In this document: in pieces, positions 24,154-37,252 of the stretch
Position numbering within the stretch: the first letter of the stretch is position 1
Layout: every line of letters starts with the position of its first letter
Assembly: GCA_000320545.1 (NCBI GenBank)
Contig: ADNK01002372.1
Span: 7,630-71,629 of the forward strand
DNA: 64,000 nucleotides
Reading direction: 5' to 3'
Source: Bigelowiella natans CCMP2755
Lineage: Eukaryota > Protista > Cercozoa
The notes under the pieces: generated by a model
What the model was told of the DNA's origin: nothing
Databases searched by the model: none
The model's input: only the letters and a program-made list of their open reading frames with translations
Made by a program: the position numbers and the translations under genes

Positions 24154-25418
24154 GCAGTATGGTACACACACGGCAGAATAAACATGAAAGATGGTTTACT
24201 ACTACACTGTACAATTATAATGATACTGGTAGCAATATATCACACTACTACATATTACTACCTCCAGTAGTAGATAGGTAGGTAGGTAGGTAGGTAGGGT
24301 AGTAGTTAGTAGATAGCTAGGTAGTAAGTATCAAAGGAGTACAAGTACATAGCAGTACCGAGAGCTCTTAGCATGGGTCCATTACTGTCAAAGATCTTCT
24401 CATCGTCGATGCCGGTAGGGTTACCACCACCACCAGCAGCAGCAGATGCTACCACCTGTTTATTCTTATTACCTGTTGTCGTAAGCAGCAGCCCATTCCT
24501 ATCCAAATAACGAGAAGAAGAAGAAGAAGAAGAAGAAGAAGAAGAAGATACTACTCCTGTGGCTTTTTCTTCTTCTTCGTCTTTCTCGATTTGGACCAAT
24601 TCATCCCCAGTACTCAAGACCTATATAATAATAAGAGGGTGAGGAGGAGGAGGAGGAGATGAAGGGGGGCGAGAGGGAAGATAGATGATCAGTAATTGCT
24701 GGGGGGAGGGGGGGGGGGGTGTCAGAGGGGATTGGTTGTCACACACAAAGCAAGGAAAATTACATATAATATCACATATGGTGAGCAGGCAGGTAGCTAG
24801 TAGTAGTAATTGGTATTTATGATGTAACTAAATGGAAACACCATCAAAAACGGAAGAAGGCAGCGCTGCATTCAGTCGTTCTCAAAAAAGAAAGTCATCA
24901 TCATCATCATTATCATCACCATTATCATTATCATGATATAGAAGAAGAAGAAGAAGAAGAAGAAGAAGAAGAAGAATAGACAAATAATGCTTCTACAATA
25001 TGGGCTAATGCTGCTGCTACTGCTGCGCTACTACTACTACATCTAAATTACAAAGCAATGAGCGGCAGTAGTATCCAATATATACTAAATACCAACCGCA
25101 ACACGGGGTCGCTTGTGGACTTTAACAGTTGTCATTCCTAGTGATTATAGCCATAGTAGTAATGATGGTGGTGGCAGCATCAGCTATATAATATATGAAA
25201 GACGCATGATGAGAACCACTCATCAGAATCCATGGAAGACCCAGCTTTATCACACTCTTTTTCTTCTTTTTCTTCTTTTTCTTCCACTTCTTCTTCTTCT
25301 TCTTCTTCATCATCATCATCATAATCCCAACTTGTTACGACCGTTTGATGCCAGAATGCCGATGTATACAGGAAGAATCTTTTCTCCTTTCTTTAAGAGC
25401 TGTACGTAGCATTTTGTA

Positions 25419-25453
<35 letters not shown>

Positions 25454-26375
25454 TCTGGGAAAAGCAAGAAGGAACGAATACTGAATCAAATCTGACTAAA
25501 ATTAAAGCAGCAACATTCGCCTAGATGACGTGATGACGTACGTAGACGACCGTCATTCGAACAAACTCCATCATCAACAGCACCCACCTTTTGTCCAAGT
25601 TTGATATCACTTCCAATGGCTCTCACAAAAGATCCTTCTTGAGCTTCCTGCGGTTTGTGCTTCAAGAGCACGAATTCTTTTCCTTTTGAGATGGTGGCAT
25701 AAAAATGAGGGTTAGGGGTAATGTGGACTATGCTACTAAGATAGCACCAAAGCTAGATTCACTAGTTGCATTTAGTTACAGACTGGTGTTTTTAGCCGGT
25801 TCTCCTTCTTTTCATGGGAGAAAAGAATAGGAAAATATAGTAATAATTAATAACATTTTGTACCTCTTTTAGATGAGAAAAGGATGGAAATATTTAGTAA
25901 TTAATAACCTTTTGCTCCTCCTCTTTTAGATGATGATGATGATGCCTGACTATCTTCAACCTGATAGTGATGAAAGGACAAGATAGGGTGGAATGTGCGA
26001 ATATTATCAACGAGCATTGCCACCATCAAGACTACCATTCGAGGCAATCAGCGCCCAATTACCTTTACAACAGCTCCCGCACCTAGTGGAATAGGCCCTC
26101 CTATGTAACAGTAGCACTATTTAGCAGACAGCGACAGTGACGATCGTTTGATGATTATCTTTATTTCTCCTCTCTGCATCATACACATACCATACCGGTG
26201 GCAACATATGCACAAGTTCCTGCAACGAGCTTCTTGCTCCACTTATGCCCCGCAAAAATCCCTTATTTACCATCAATATCAGATTCTTTGAATCATCGAG
26301 TTATAATATTGGTTAAAACGATGATTTTCAAATGATGAAATACACACACATGTGGTGTGTGTGTGTGTGTATAAA

Positions 26376-26421
<46 letters not shown>

Positions 26422-26901
26422 TTTATCCTACTGCTGCGGCTGCTACTGCGACTACTACTTACAACAATACTTTCAGTGACTTCAAGTTCGCCAGGTAATT
26501 GACCAGCGACAACTGCATAACCATCCATGACCGAAGTACGGCATGAAGGCATTGCTTTTACGGAGAAAACGTCCTCGTATAGATATCTTTCGAACAATTT
26601 ACGTGTTATGTTTTTCCTGGAGAATTGTGCTAGTTATCACCTCCCAACAGCTTGTTTAAGCAGTACTTCTTCTGGCCCTAGTGTTGCCGAACATTCCCTC
26701 TGGGTATTAGTTAGAGGACAATTTGTCATTGGAGAAGAATTCGTTTTCGAATTAGAGAGAGAGTGGTGTTGTTTTGGAAAATTATGTTCCTGTGCTGAAA
26801 TTTATCAAAGAAATTTCATGTACCAAAACACGGTCAAGTGCCACTTTCACAGGGGTCATCATAGGAGTACGTGCAGTCGAAGCTGCCGACGTAGACGCCA
26901 T
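18743..26901 (-). CDS. CNX1: Molybdenum cofactor biosynthesis protein, CNX1-like (MoeA/E domain followed by a degenerate MogA/G domain); many small exons; 3' end approximate
   Basis: Exon peptides in order: MASTSAASTARTPMMTPVKVALDRVL; AMPSCRTSVMDGYAVV; CAYVATG/GPIPLGAGAVV; FVRAIGSDIKLGQKV; STGDELV...IFDSNGPML; DIFISSGGV/SMGRADPVK; IHFDRM/RMKPGKPTTFA; YFGLPGNPVS; IRMDAIRPE/YHRVHVVW; TGRQASSRILSMYGANAL (MoeA subdomains I-IV). Downstream DLVIFLGKTGYATSDIAPEIAESLIIK is MogA-like. Confidence 0.85.
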
Positions 26902-27481
26902 TCAAGAAGATCTCGACGACAATCCGTCCTTGATGATGATGGTGCTCAGCTCGTACGAATTACATGAGCTGTAAGTATGTGGTAGTCGTAGGCGTGAAAA
27001 GGCCGTACAAATCACCCTGATCTTGCTTGTCGCACTACTGAAAGGGCACCACAAATCAACTTCTTAGACTAGTCGCAGAAGAGAAAAGGCTCCTACCTTG
27101 TTGCACGAGGTACTCCTCTCCTCCTCCTCCTCCTCCTCCTCCTCCTCCTCTACCACTACCATGCTAATCATTTGAAGAGGGAGTGGGTCATATATTCAAA
27201 TACACATTTTTTTGCCTTATCTACATTATCTCGGTAAAACTATCCCAAAGAGCCTGAAATAATCGTTCAGCTACAACGGCCAGACGAATAGCTAACGCTT
27301 GCCAAACTGAGGGAGGCGAAGAAATCACCTTTTCCTCGAAATTATCGAGAAAAAGGCAGAGAAGAAATGACTACTCTTGTGGATATAAAAAGTAGATTAT
27401 GCATTTAACAAAGCTTTTCTGTTGCAGCAAATCTTGTAACCTTTGATGAACACCAGCATACAATATACGCTTATCCCCCCC

Positions 27482-27515
<34 letters not shown>

Positions 27516-27525
27516 ACGCGCGCGC

Positions 27526-27574
<49 letters not shown>

Positions 27575-27705
27575 GAGAGAATAGATGATGTGCTGATGTT
27601 CTTGGACTTTTCCCTTAAATATGTGATCAATCAATCTACTCGTTTCAAATAACAGGATCGTCGTCGTTATTCCATCTGGATTACCATAAGTATTACTTTC
27701 TGATA

Positions 27706-27809
27706 GTACAACTGTTGTATCTATCCTCAATTTTACCATCGACGGGAGGCACAAAATTATTGCGGAATACTGTGATCCCTCCCTTACTGGACGTGCCAAC
27801 GTTAGTAAT

Positions 27810-27849
<40 letters not shown>

Positions 27850-27885
27850 AACACGCACAACTGTTGTAAACAATTAAGTATGTGA

Positions 27886-27935
<50 letters not shown>

Positions 27936-28316
27936 ATGTACATGCATGAAAACTGTTAAAAGTAAGCTATGTATATGCAAGAAAATATGTGTAGTAGTTG
28001 TAAACAACGTTATCATAAGATAATTGTTATTACTACTCACTGATATCAGCTACTCGCTAGCAACATTAGGGACTGATGGGAAAACTTGCATGAACATCAT
28101 CACGTACGCGACTCCAGTTGGCATAAAGCCAGAGAGAATATGGACCATCAGCATATATAAAGGAACTCAAACACATCACAATTTTGAGCTCCAGAAACGA
28201 GGCGTGTTACAACTCCTTAGAAGGTCACACTCACCTCTCGTACACCTTCTAGGGGGTAAATCTGGACGCGATTTTGATAAGAAAGGAGGATGCGCTAAGC
28301 TGGGATTTTCTTGGAT

Positions 28317-28350
<34 letters not shown>

Positions 28351-28808
28351 ACTTCTTCACAAAGTAGTACCGCAAAAGAGGACGAAATCATGCTACTTCC
28401 TAACTGTAAAGCTTACATCAAAGTTTCACTTCAAGGAGACTTGATCGATGCTGGAGTTCATTCGGTGGCCTTATGCAGAGTTGAGGAAATGTTTGTCCTC
28501 GACGAGGAGGATAACGTCCTCGAGAGATGCGATGTTGATGATCCTATCTTGAACACAAAGTTTCTAAGGGATCTGGGAATTATCAGCGCAGCTGGTACGT
28601 ACTTTGTCGACCTATCCTTATGACTACTATTTCACATCGATCACCAACTGTGAAGAAAAGAACATGATGTATTTTTCACACACGGCACACCAACCGTCAT
28701 TCGAAACTGCTCTTTTATCGGTGAATTAAGAAGTACCTGTTCTTTTCAGGTAGAGTTATTGAGCCTGGACACGATGCTGATGATGATGGCCAAAAAGGAA
28801 TAAGATAA
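27706..28808 (+). CDS. Flavin reductase-like FMN-binding split-barrel protein (5' exons uncertain)
   Basis: PPLLDVPT|YSLATLGTDGKTCMNIITYATPVGIKPERIWTISIYKGTQTHHNF...GVLQLL...LVHLLGGKSGRDFDK...IDAGVHSVALCRV; last exon GRVIEPGHDADDDGQKGIR* (TAA 28806-28808). The SGRDxDK and GDH-like motifs are typical of the flavin-reductase-like family. Confidence 0.75.
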
Positions 28809-28899
28809 CGATGGTAGCCTCACAGCAGACGCACAGTATTGTTCTGCTTATTGTGTATTGTGTAATGGGTTCATCAGTATAACAAGCAAGCAAGCAGCT

Positions 28900-29830
28900 A
28901 ATGCAATGAGAAGTGGTTAGGCGTCATCGTGCTACGAACACGCTAGCACGTGGTAGAGGTGCACATGCATGATGCACATGTGCAAAAATGCATAAGGCTA
29001 GCAAGTATCTGTCATGCAGACACAATATGTGATGACAACCACCAAATATGTGGATGCAACTTAGTGCATCACAGTCTGTTGTTGGTACTAGCTATTACCC
29101 TTGGACACAACGATCATACATGCTAGCATGCACATGTGTGTACAAAAATGTATTAATGTAGTAGTGACGCGTGCGCATCGACTGGCATGCTAGCATGATA
29201 ATGTTGTGCATACAAGCATAACTAGATAGCTTAGTTTGTGCATGCAGCATCGCACTGCTAGACTGCCACGACGGATAACGCAAAATGCAACATGAACAAT
29301 GTCTAAGATGATTGTCTGGTTTTGAATTACACATTTATACATTCATGCCACGCGAACATCGTAGTGGCCAGAAAGACGTCTATCTAGCTATCGTATACGC
29401 ACGTCGTGCAAGCTAGTAAGTCACACTTAGCTTGCACATTTGTGCTGTGCATGCAAGGCTAGAAGGTCTAGCTAGCTAGATGCATCTAGCAGATGGATGC
29501 CGTAGATTAAATGTGTTTTCTTATTAGAATCGGACGTCGAGGTCAACGGCACGCAATTGAGTGCTGCAACACCACTTGCTAGCGTGCACTATAGCTAGCG
29601 CTAGTAGCACCACACATGCTAGCATGGCATGTGCCGTGATGCATGCCATCTAGCCATGCATATCTGATATGCTTGCACACAAGCTGGCAGTACTAGAGTA
29701 GAAGTCTTTTATATACTTTAGCTTGAGCTAGCTCTGCACGTGCATGATGTGTGGATGCATGCATTAGTTAACGCGTCCCGACTCTTTGCTCTACTTCAAT
29801 TATTCCTCACTCACGCATGGTTAGATGGAC
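28900..29830. other. Partially TpA-depleted, CTAG/TGCA-rich island between convergent genes
   Basis: Dense CATGCA/GCACAT/GCTAGCTAG words, with the same signature as the other islands. Confidence 0.65.
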
Positions 29831-29891
29831 TAGAATTTTTATTCTCTCCATTGTTCTAAAAGGGGAATTTCCGATCCATTGTTTGGGTTTA

Positions 29892-30360
29892 TCAACTACA
29901 TAAACTTGAAGCTGCAGCAAGTTTTGTTTGTATCAAAACAGTATACGTTTGCAATTTAGGAGCAGCAGCAAGATGAGGCAAGAGCCGTTTTAAGACGTCC
30001 CTTTTCGACAGTATGACAGGGCGGTCACTGTAGCTTAATCTCTTTTTCTTTCCAGATTTCGCTGCAGTCACTTTCTCTGCACCACCACCACCACCATCAT
30101 CGTCGTCATCATCATCATCAACAGCAGCAGCCCTATGCAGCATATTTGCTCTCCTTCCAGCTGTGCCCTGACCGACGAATCCCCCAAGGACAATTGAAGG
30201 GTTCCAGCAGTAATAATTAGACACTTTTTCTTCTTCTTCTTCTTCTCTTTCCTGATCTGGAGTCCAATCTGGTGGGCCGAGCAATTGCTGGACAAGCTCA
30301 TCTAAACGCTTAAACTCTGCATTTTGACGAGATGAGGACGGCAACGAAGCTGGCAGGGAC

Positions 30361-30395
<35 letters not shown>

Positions 30396-30865
30396 TCCCT
30401 GTGCTGCTGCTGCTGCTGCCGCTGCGGTTTGTGTTGCAGAAAGGGTATGATGACAAGGGGGAACAGCTTGTAGTGCTAGTTGCTTGACGTATGCAACCAG
30501 AGCAGATAGGAAATAATCTTTGTCTCGTTTTATAATAGCGGCTTCCAGTAATTTCTGCTCCAAATGCTCCATCGTATGGTTTAAGGTCACAGAGAATGGC
30601 GCATTCAATAGATTCAATTTTCCAGCAGCAGTAGCAGCACTTGACAAAGATGAAGATCCTACTACTTGTCGTCTATTATTAATATCTTGATCAAGAAGCG
30701 ATAGAAATTCCGATGCCCAGTGTGACGATGACGACAACGATGACGACGACGATGATGATAACGACAGTAGAGGAGAACTCGGTGACGCCATTAACAACCA
30801 TGAATCGCTGTCTCTATCGTAGATATACCTGAGATAGGGAAGATGACCAACATAAAGAATCCTGT

Positions 30866-30900
<35 letters not shown>

Positions 30901-31352
30901 TAAATTGTTGAACGGTTGCTGTTTTTGACAAGGTCGGTATCATAAGTAATAATGACCGTGACAATCATCATAATTTTGAATGATCGATATCTCCCATTTA
31001 CTACTCACTTTGAGAAGTTTGGAAAGGAGACAGCAGGAATACCAAGCCCACCACCTAGCATCATGTCAGTATTGATTGCTGGTTGTTCTCCTCTTGTCCT
31101 TTTTGTCCTTCTCCTCCTCCTCCCAGTTTGTCCTGTTCCCTCCTCTCCTCCTCCCCCCCCTATTATCCAGATGTCTGTCGGACCGAGCTCTGGATGCCTT
31201 CTTCTTAAAGAAGACATGGAACATCTCATCATCAGCTTCACCCCTCCACCTCCAATCATATCTGGGTATATCTCGTACATCCTAATTGCTTCATCACACG
31301 TTGCGACAAGAGCAACATTTTCTTTGCTCAATTGTAGTTGAAATATAGCTCC

Positions 31353-31383
<31 letters not shown>

Positions 31384-31490
31384 AATGATAAGGGTTGATC
31401 AATAGAAAATCTTCACCAAGTGCACTGGAATACAAAATACGCTCCACACAAAAATATATTTCCAATCATCGAACCCATAGCATTCATTTG

Positions 31491-31538
<48 letters not shown>

Positions 31539-34500
31539 TATTTATAATATATAATATGCACACGTATATTGCTTCTTTGTTTTCTTCTAATGAAAACTTG
31601 TGGAAGTTCTAGATAAACTTTCCTACCGCTGATAATCATAGGCAGAGATAATCTTCGACCTGATACTGTGAAAATGTGCAGGAGATTGTCCTAATAGTAG
31701 ATGGAAGAAAAGACTCACGATGATGATGGTAATGATGACGATGCCGATGATAATGATGGTGATGACACCGACGACATTCACTACCCTCTCTACCTATCTA
31801 CCAACGAGTTTTAATGGGAAGCAGCGAAAGTGCAAGCAGCAGAAATATTCATGCATGGGGTGGAAAATCATCGAGGTAGTAGCCCTTATAATGTGCTCCC
31901 GGCTAGTAGTAGCAGCAGTAAGTAGTAGTAGTAGAACTAATAGTACTAGTAGTAGTAATATTGATGTGAAATTGTGCTACCTGCGTGGCAGCAACGACGG
32001 CATGCTGATTTGCTGCAACAGCTAAGACACGTGCAGGCATCGTCCTTTTCCAAATAATTACTCTTTGCCGTTTATTATGATTATCATCGTCGCCGTCAGC
32101 TTCATTTCCATCCTCTGACGTGCTCCTCCTTCTGGTGCTGTTCAATCGGGCTGCCATTATCAATAACCACTCGCAGCTGCTTCCTCTACTACTGCTACAA
32201 ATAAATAATATAGCAGCACACCAATAAAAAGTAGTACTATCTTAGTAGTGCGATAAATCCATCATTTTTACTCTCGCCTCCTTCTCCTCCTCTTATTCTC
32301 TAGAAATCAGTATTAATACAGCAACACAGTGATGATGATGATAATGATGATCATCATCATCTGTTCAGTTGCCTTTCATCAATCACCTGTCACTGCTCTT
32401 AGCACTGTAGACCTGGTAGTTCGTGGCCCCTGTGGTGGCATCACCATCACCATCATCATCATAATCGTTCTCATCACTTCCATTTTGGCCGTGATGCTTC
32501 AGCTCACGACGTAAGAGGTGGTGGCGCCGTGAATCGAGCTCGTTGCTGCCGCTTTTGTTGTCGTTGAATGAGCTGGTGTTGTTCAGTGTAATACAGCACC
32601 TTACGACAGCGGGAATTCGATCAGGGTGAAGCCAACCATAACTATTATTACTACATGGTGATTGCTGCTGCTGCTGCGGCTGTGACGATGATGATGGCTC
32701 GACATTACTACTATCAGCACCATCGTCGCCTGCAACTTCAGAAATGCTACTTCTACCACCACCACCAACCCCCCCTCCTCCTCCTTCACCGTAATTGTCG
32801 CTGCGCGTTCTTTTCGTTCTCCTTCCATTCCCCATCATCATCTTCGTTGTCATAATATCCTCGATTTCCATTGTTGGTCTTATTCTTCTATTGCCGCCAT
32901 CTTTTCTTTTTCTTCTTCTTTCTGACGGGGAGGGTGACCTGGGTGATGACGAGGATTGTGGAAGCGACGAAGACCGTTCACCCGACCGCCTATATGGTGG
33001 GACACTATTATTATCACCACCACTACCACCAGTATTCGCAGGAAGAGGAGCTGCGAGTGATGATGATGCGGAATATGTTAATGATGAGCTATTATTGGTG
33101 TCCACAGCCCCTGAAGAAGACCTCGACGACGACATTACAGGGACAATACGTCTTTTGCCGCTTGATGTATACACCTCTTCTTGCTTCGATTCCACCGACA
33201 ATGTTTGAGTAACATGACGACGACGACGATGATGATCTTTCTCTTTGCTACTCCCATTTCTCTTTCTTTCTTTACTATTTGCAACTTCTTCTTTATCTCC
33301 CTCAAACGATGATGACGGTGGGAAATTTTCAACAGTTGCTGATTCCATCGCTGCTACCGGCTGCTCCTCTCTTCTTCGCAACTCCAAGATCTCTGGAGTT
33401 TCTACTATGAACTCCTGATTTAGTCCTCTTTGACACCCGCCTCTGACTACAAGAGTCTCTCCCTTCCTTTCATGTTCAACGTGAAGGTGCTCCTTCAGAT
33501 TTAACCTCAAAATAGCAATAAACTCATTCAGAAAGTTAAATGTGGAACCTCTTAACATACATTCGTAACATACATAGAAATAATGCTTATGACTCAACAG
33601 CAACAATCGCCACCTAAATACCTTATATACGCCAATGTTCCGTCATACGAACAGACTAGTATGCCATTACCACCTGCGCCGAATGGTGAGATATCACGAT
33701 TTGTTGTTGTGTTGTTGCTTTTTACTGTATGAGATTATGTTATTGTTATCTTTTTACTTGGAGTCCATGCTAGATCTAAAACAGTTTTCTTAAATGCGCG
33801 ATCCAGCGATATGATTGCTTTATTTCGTGTGCTAGTCCATATAGTAACTTTTTTGTCCATCCCACCAATAGCAAGAGCGTACACAGGCTGAAATGGTGAT
33901 AATTATGACGGAATACAGCATGCTTACATTAAATTCACATTCTGAGATACAATCCTTTCCTACGAACGTAGGTCAATGTTTAGTGCTGTTGTGGGTATAT
34001 TATATTATCATTTTTATAATTGTTATAATCACAATTATTATTGGATTAGCAATGATAACAACCTTTCCGGTTTGTAAGTCCTTGAGCATTTTGGGACAAA
34101 ATTTGACTACAGTTGTTGGACGATTATGCCCTAAATATTCCACGACGGGCTTCCAAGAACCTCTTTCAAACATCGGCGATACGAAAGTCTTACTTTCTCC
34201 ATAATACCCACGGCATGCAGCTAAATATTTCCCATCTGAAGACCAACTTAATCTAGTGTATGTTACCTGTAAACAGCACAACCACAATGAATAGTGGTAA
34301 CAACGCATACATAATACTGATAACCTGAAAAATGAGATCTTTTTCAGAAGAAACACGACCAAACTGCTTTGCCTCAAATGGCTTGGTTATTCTCTTTACG
34401 CTTTTGCCATCCTCAATATTCCAAAGAATAACAGATCCGTCTAATGCCTGTGTAGCAAGGAAGCGATCTTTTGGGTCCCAAGTCACACCTGTGACCCACC

Positions 34501-35527
34501 CTGTATGTCCTCGTAGTACACGCAAAGGCGTTCCTAATTGGGAGAAGAATACGCGAAAGGATGGAGATATCAGAAACTATCATCATCACTGCTAGAATAA
34601 ACTGAACACCTTCGTTTACACTATCAAAACCAATATAGTCAACATATTTATGTATTACCTTGCTTTGTTGACCAAATGACGACAGTGTTGTCCACATGGC
34701 ATGATGCAACACGCCTGAGAGTTTTAGAGTAAGTTTGTAGGTAATGCTCTTGCAAATCGGGATGAATTTGTCGTTATTTATTTGCCACACCTAGAACGCG
34801 GGTCCCATGCCAGATCAAGAACTTCAGTGCTGCTCCCTGTCTTCAAAACAGCTTTACAAGCCCAGTTTTCTATGCATACGTCTAAATAAAATTCAAGTGA
34901 TTTAAGTACTATTACAGGATTAGAATGTAATAATATTTCAAAACCTTGTCCACCGAAAAAGGAAGAAGAGCTCCCCAAAAAACCCTCATTTGAATTATTT
35001 TCGAGTCTCCATATCATCACACTCTTGTCATCCGACCCACTTGCAAGATATGTCCCATCTCTGAATTTTGTAGAAGAATGTGAGTTTGGGGGAAGTCAAC
35101 TTGCAATCTTCACATACTTTGACCACTTAACGCAGTTCACTGATCCCATGTGATTCTTCAGAATTGCAAGGAGCCTTTCCTTACATTCACTACTGGCACA
35201 ATTTTGGTTAAAGTTTTTCCTTTTCTCATATTCGCATTCTCGGTCAAGTTCGGACGTACTCCAAATTTTGACGGAACCTATTAATGCAAAGATTGATGAA
35301 TAGGGATTTCAAAGTGAAATGAGGGGACTTCACAACCTGAGCCTCCTGTTGCAAATCTGGTTCCATCAGGATGCACATCAACGCTGTATATTGGCGACGA
35401 ATCTCTCGCTTGCGAGGAAGAAGGGGGAGGTGATGGCAAATCCCTGCATTTCATTCCACCTGGATTTCGGCTGTGGCTAACCCAAGACGGGAACAGAATG
35501 ATCACAGGGGTTGTTTCCCGCAACTCT

Positions 35528-35561
<34 letters not shown>

Positions 35562-35607
35562 GGACTTCATTATCCTCACTTTTCTCACTTCTTCCTACAC
35601 TTGCCAT
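29892..35607 (-). CDS. HIRA: Histone H3.3 chaperone HIRA (WD40 + HIRA B motif + C-terminal Hira domain), multi-exon
   Basis: FPSWVSH...PIYSVDVHPDGTRFATGG; HMGSVNCVKWS; YLASGSDDKSVMIW; ENWACKAVLK..EVLDLAWDP; LRGHTGWVTGVTWDPKDRFLATQALD; YTRLSWSSDGKYLA; ERGSWK..EYLGH; B-domain KQEEVYTSSGKRRIVP; C-terminal TMEHLEQKLLEAA..YFLSALVAYVKQLA. Confidence 0.92.
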
Positions 35608-36170
35608 TCCGAAGACGGTGCGAGTTACAACACACTACAAGCGTTCAATGCGATTTGGTCTAGTGGTCTTCCTACGCAAGAAAGGGTTCGTAAGCTTCCA
35701 GTTTCCGAAATATTTGAGAGTTATCATGTGGATTGAATGTTGTTTCCTACGAACAGGCATTTTTCTTCTTTTTCATCTTAATCATACCACAAATAACTTA
35801 CTGGATGAATTTCATGGAGAATTTACAGAACAATACCTAATATGCTAAGGAATCTATCCCCACTTCCTGTATAGATCTGATAGCATATCTCCCATGTGGA
35901 TTCTGAACCAGATAAAATGGCGGGAAATTCCGGTTTTTCTTTCAGATCTATTTCAGTTTGTTCAAACGAAGACCATATCTGGGGATCTCCAGTGATTCTC
36001 GAGTTCGTCACTGACGGATGCGACATGGCAATACCTGTTACTAACCGCTTTTGTTGTTGAGGAAACGTGCGCCATAACGGGTTTACCCCTTCCCAATATT
36101 TCACCAGTTACTCTGCCCATTGAAGCTGCGTAAGGGGTTGGGGGGGCTCATTGGAGAGAGACATACCAGC

Positions 36171-37207
36171 ATGGAATGGTTACGTGACCAGGCCGCCAAG
36201 GCCCTCTCGGACCCTAAAGCCTACTTGCAGCCACAGAAAGTCATAGATCTTTTCAACAATATGGGAGCCGATGACACGAAGGTCCTCTGCTAGACAATAT
36301 TTTCTCAATAGATTTTCATCAAAGTGTGGAGAAATCATATCTTATTTTATAATAGGCAATCAACGAGTTTCTCACAGAGAGTCCATGCAATACGGCACTT
36401 ATACTGTTCGTTGTTAACTCGAACGAAAGAATTCTACGAGAGACAAAGGGAGCTGAGCAGAAGTCTAAGCAGAGACAGGGTGCGTTTACCGAAAATTAAA
36501 ATTTCAGAATGGAGTTTGAGAAACTCATTTTCAAAACATACCTTTTGAACATTGACAACCATCATTTTCAGATGGTGGTACATTGGTCATGGAGGCGTCA
36601 TTGGGGAATCTTCCGGATCATGCAGGAGATAAGAAGTCTATATACTTTGTGAAAAACGTCGAAGGAGTGGTAGGGCCTTTGAATGATTCATTATCTTATC
36701 GTTTATACAATTAGTATCTTATCAATGCGTACATAAATAGGTTGGAAGCCCTGAAGAAGATCTTGACCATGGAGTTATCCCTGCAAACAATTCCAACATG
36801 TTACTTGCTCTTGAACACCTCCTCAAAGATATTTTTATTCCTATGGTGGAGAATGACAAATCATTCAACGAGTCCGTTGGAATGAATGGAATGGGGCATA
36901 AAACAGCTCCAGACTCCGAAGCTACCGAAACTATGCAGAAAACAGCGTCAGAAGGCAAAGATGATGATCGGAAAGAAGAGGAACCTGGTCAAGTTACTGA
37001 AATGGGAGGAAAACTAAAACAGTTTTCGACGCATATAGGAAACGTTATACAAAAGGTGAGTTTTCTTAGAGAATTCAAACTATCCGGCTAAGGCGGAACC
37101 AGCATGCTTTCATAATTTTATTCTATTCAATCCACATAAATGAATGGTTTGTCGAATGTCAAGGGCAAATGCAAATCTGCACAAGTACATCCATCTGTAA
37201 CACACAC

Positions 37208-37252
<45 letters not shown>

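Noticed and set aside
27371-28040. Minus-strand ORFs up to 190 aa (LSLSLS/CVCVCV)
   Set aside because: Translations of (GA)n and (CA)n microsatellites.
35823-36104. 93-aa ORF between HIRA and DNAH10; possible X-box-like motifs
   Set aside because: Non-ATG start, no domain, and it lies in the divergent promoter. The motif matches are too degenerate to support.
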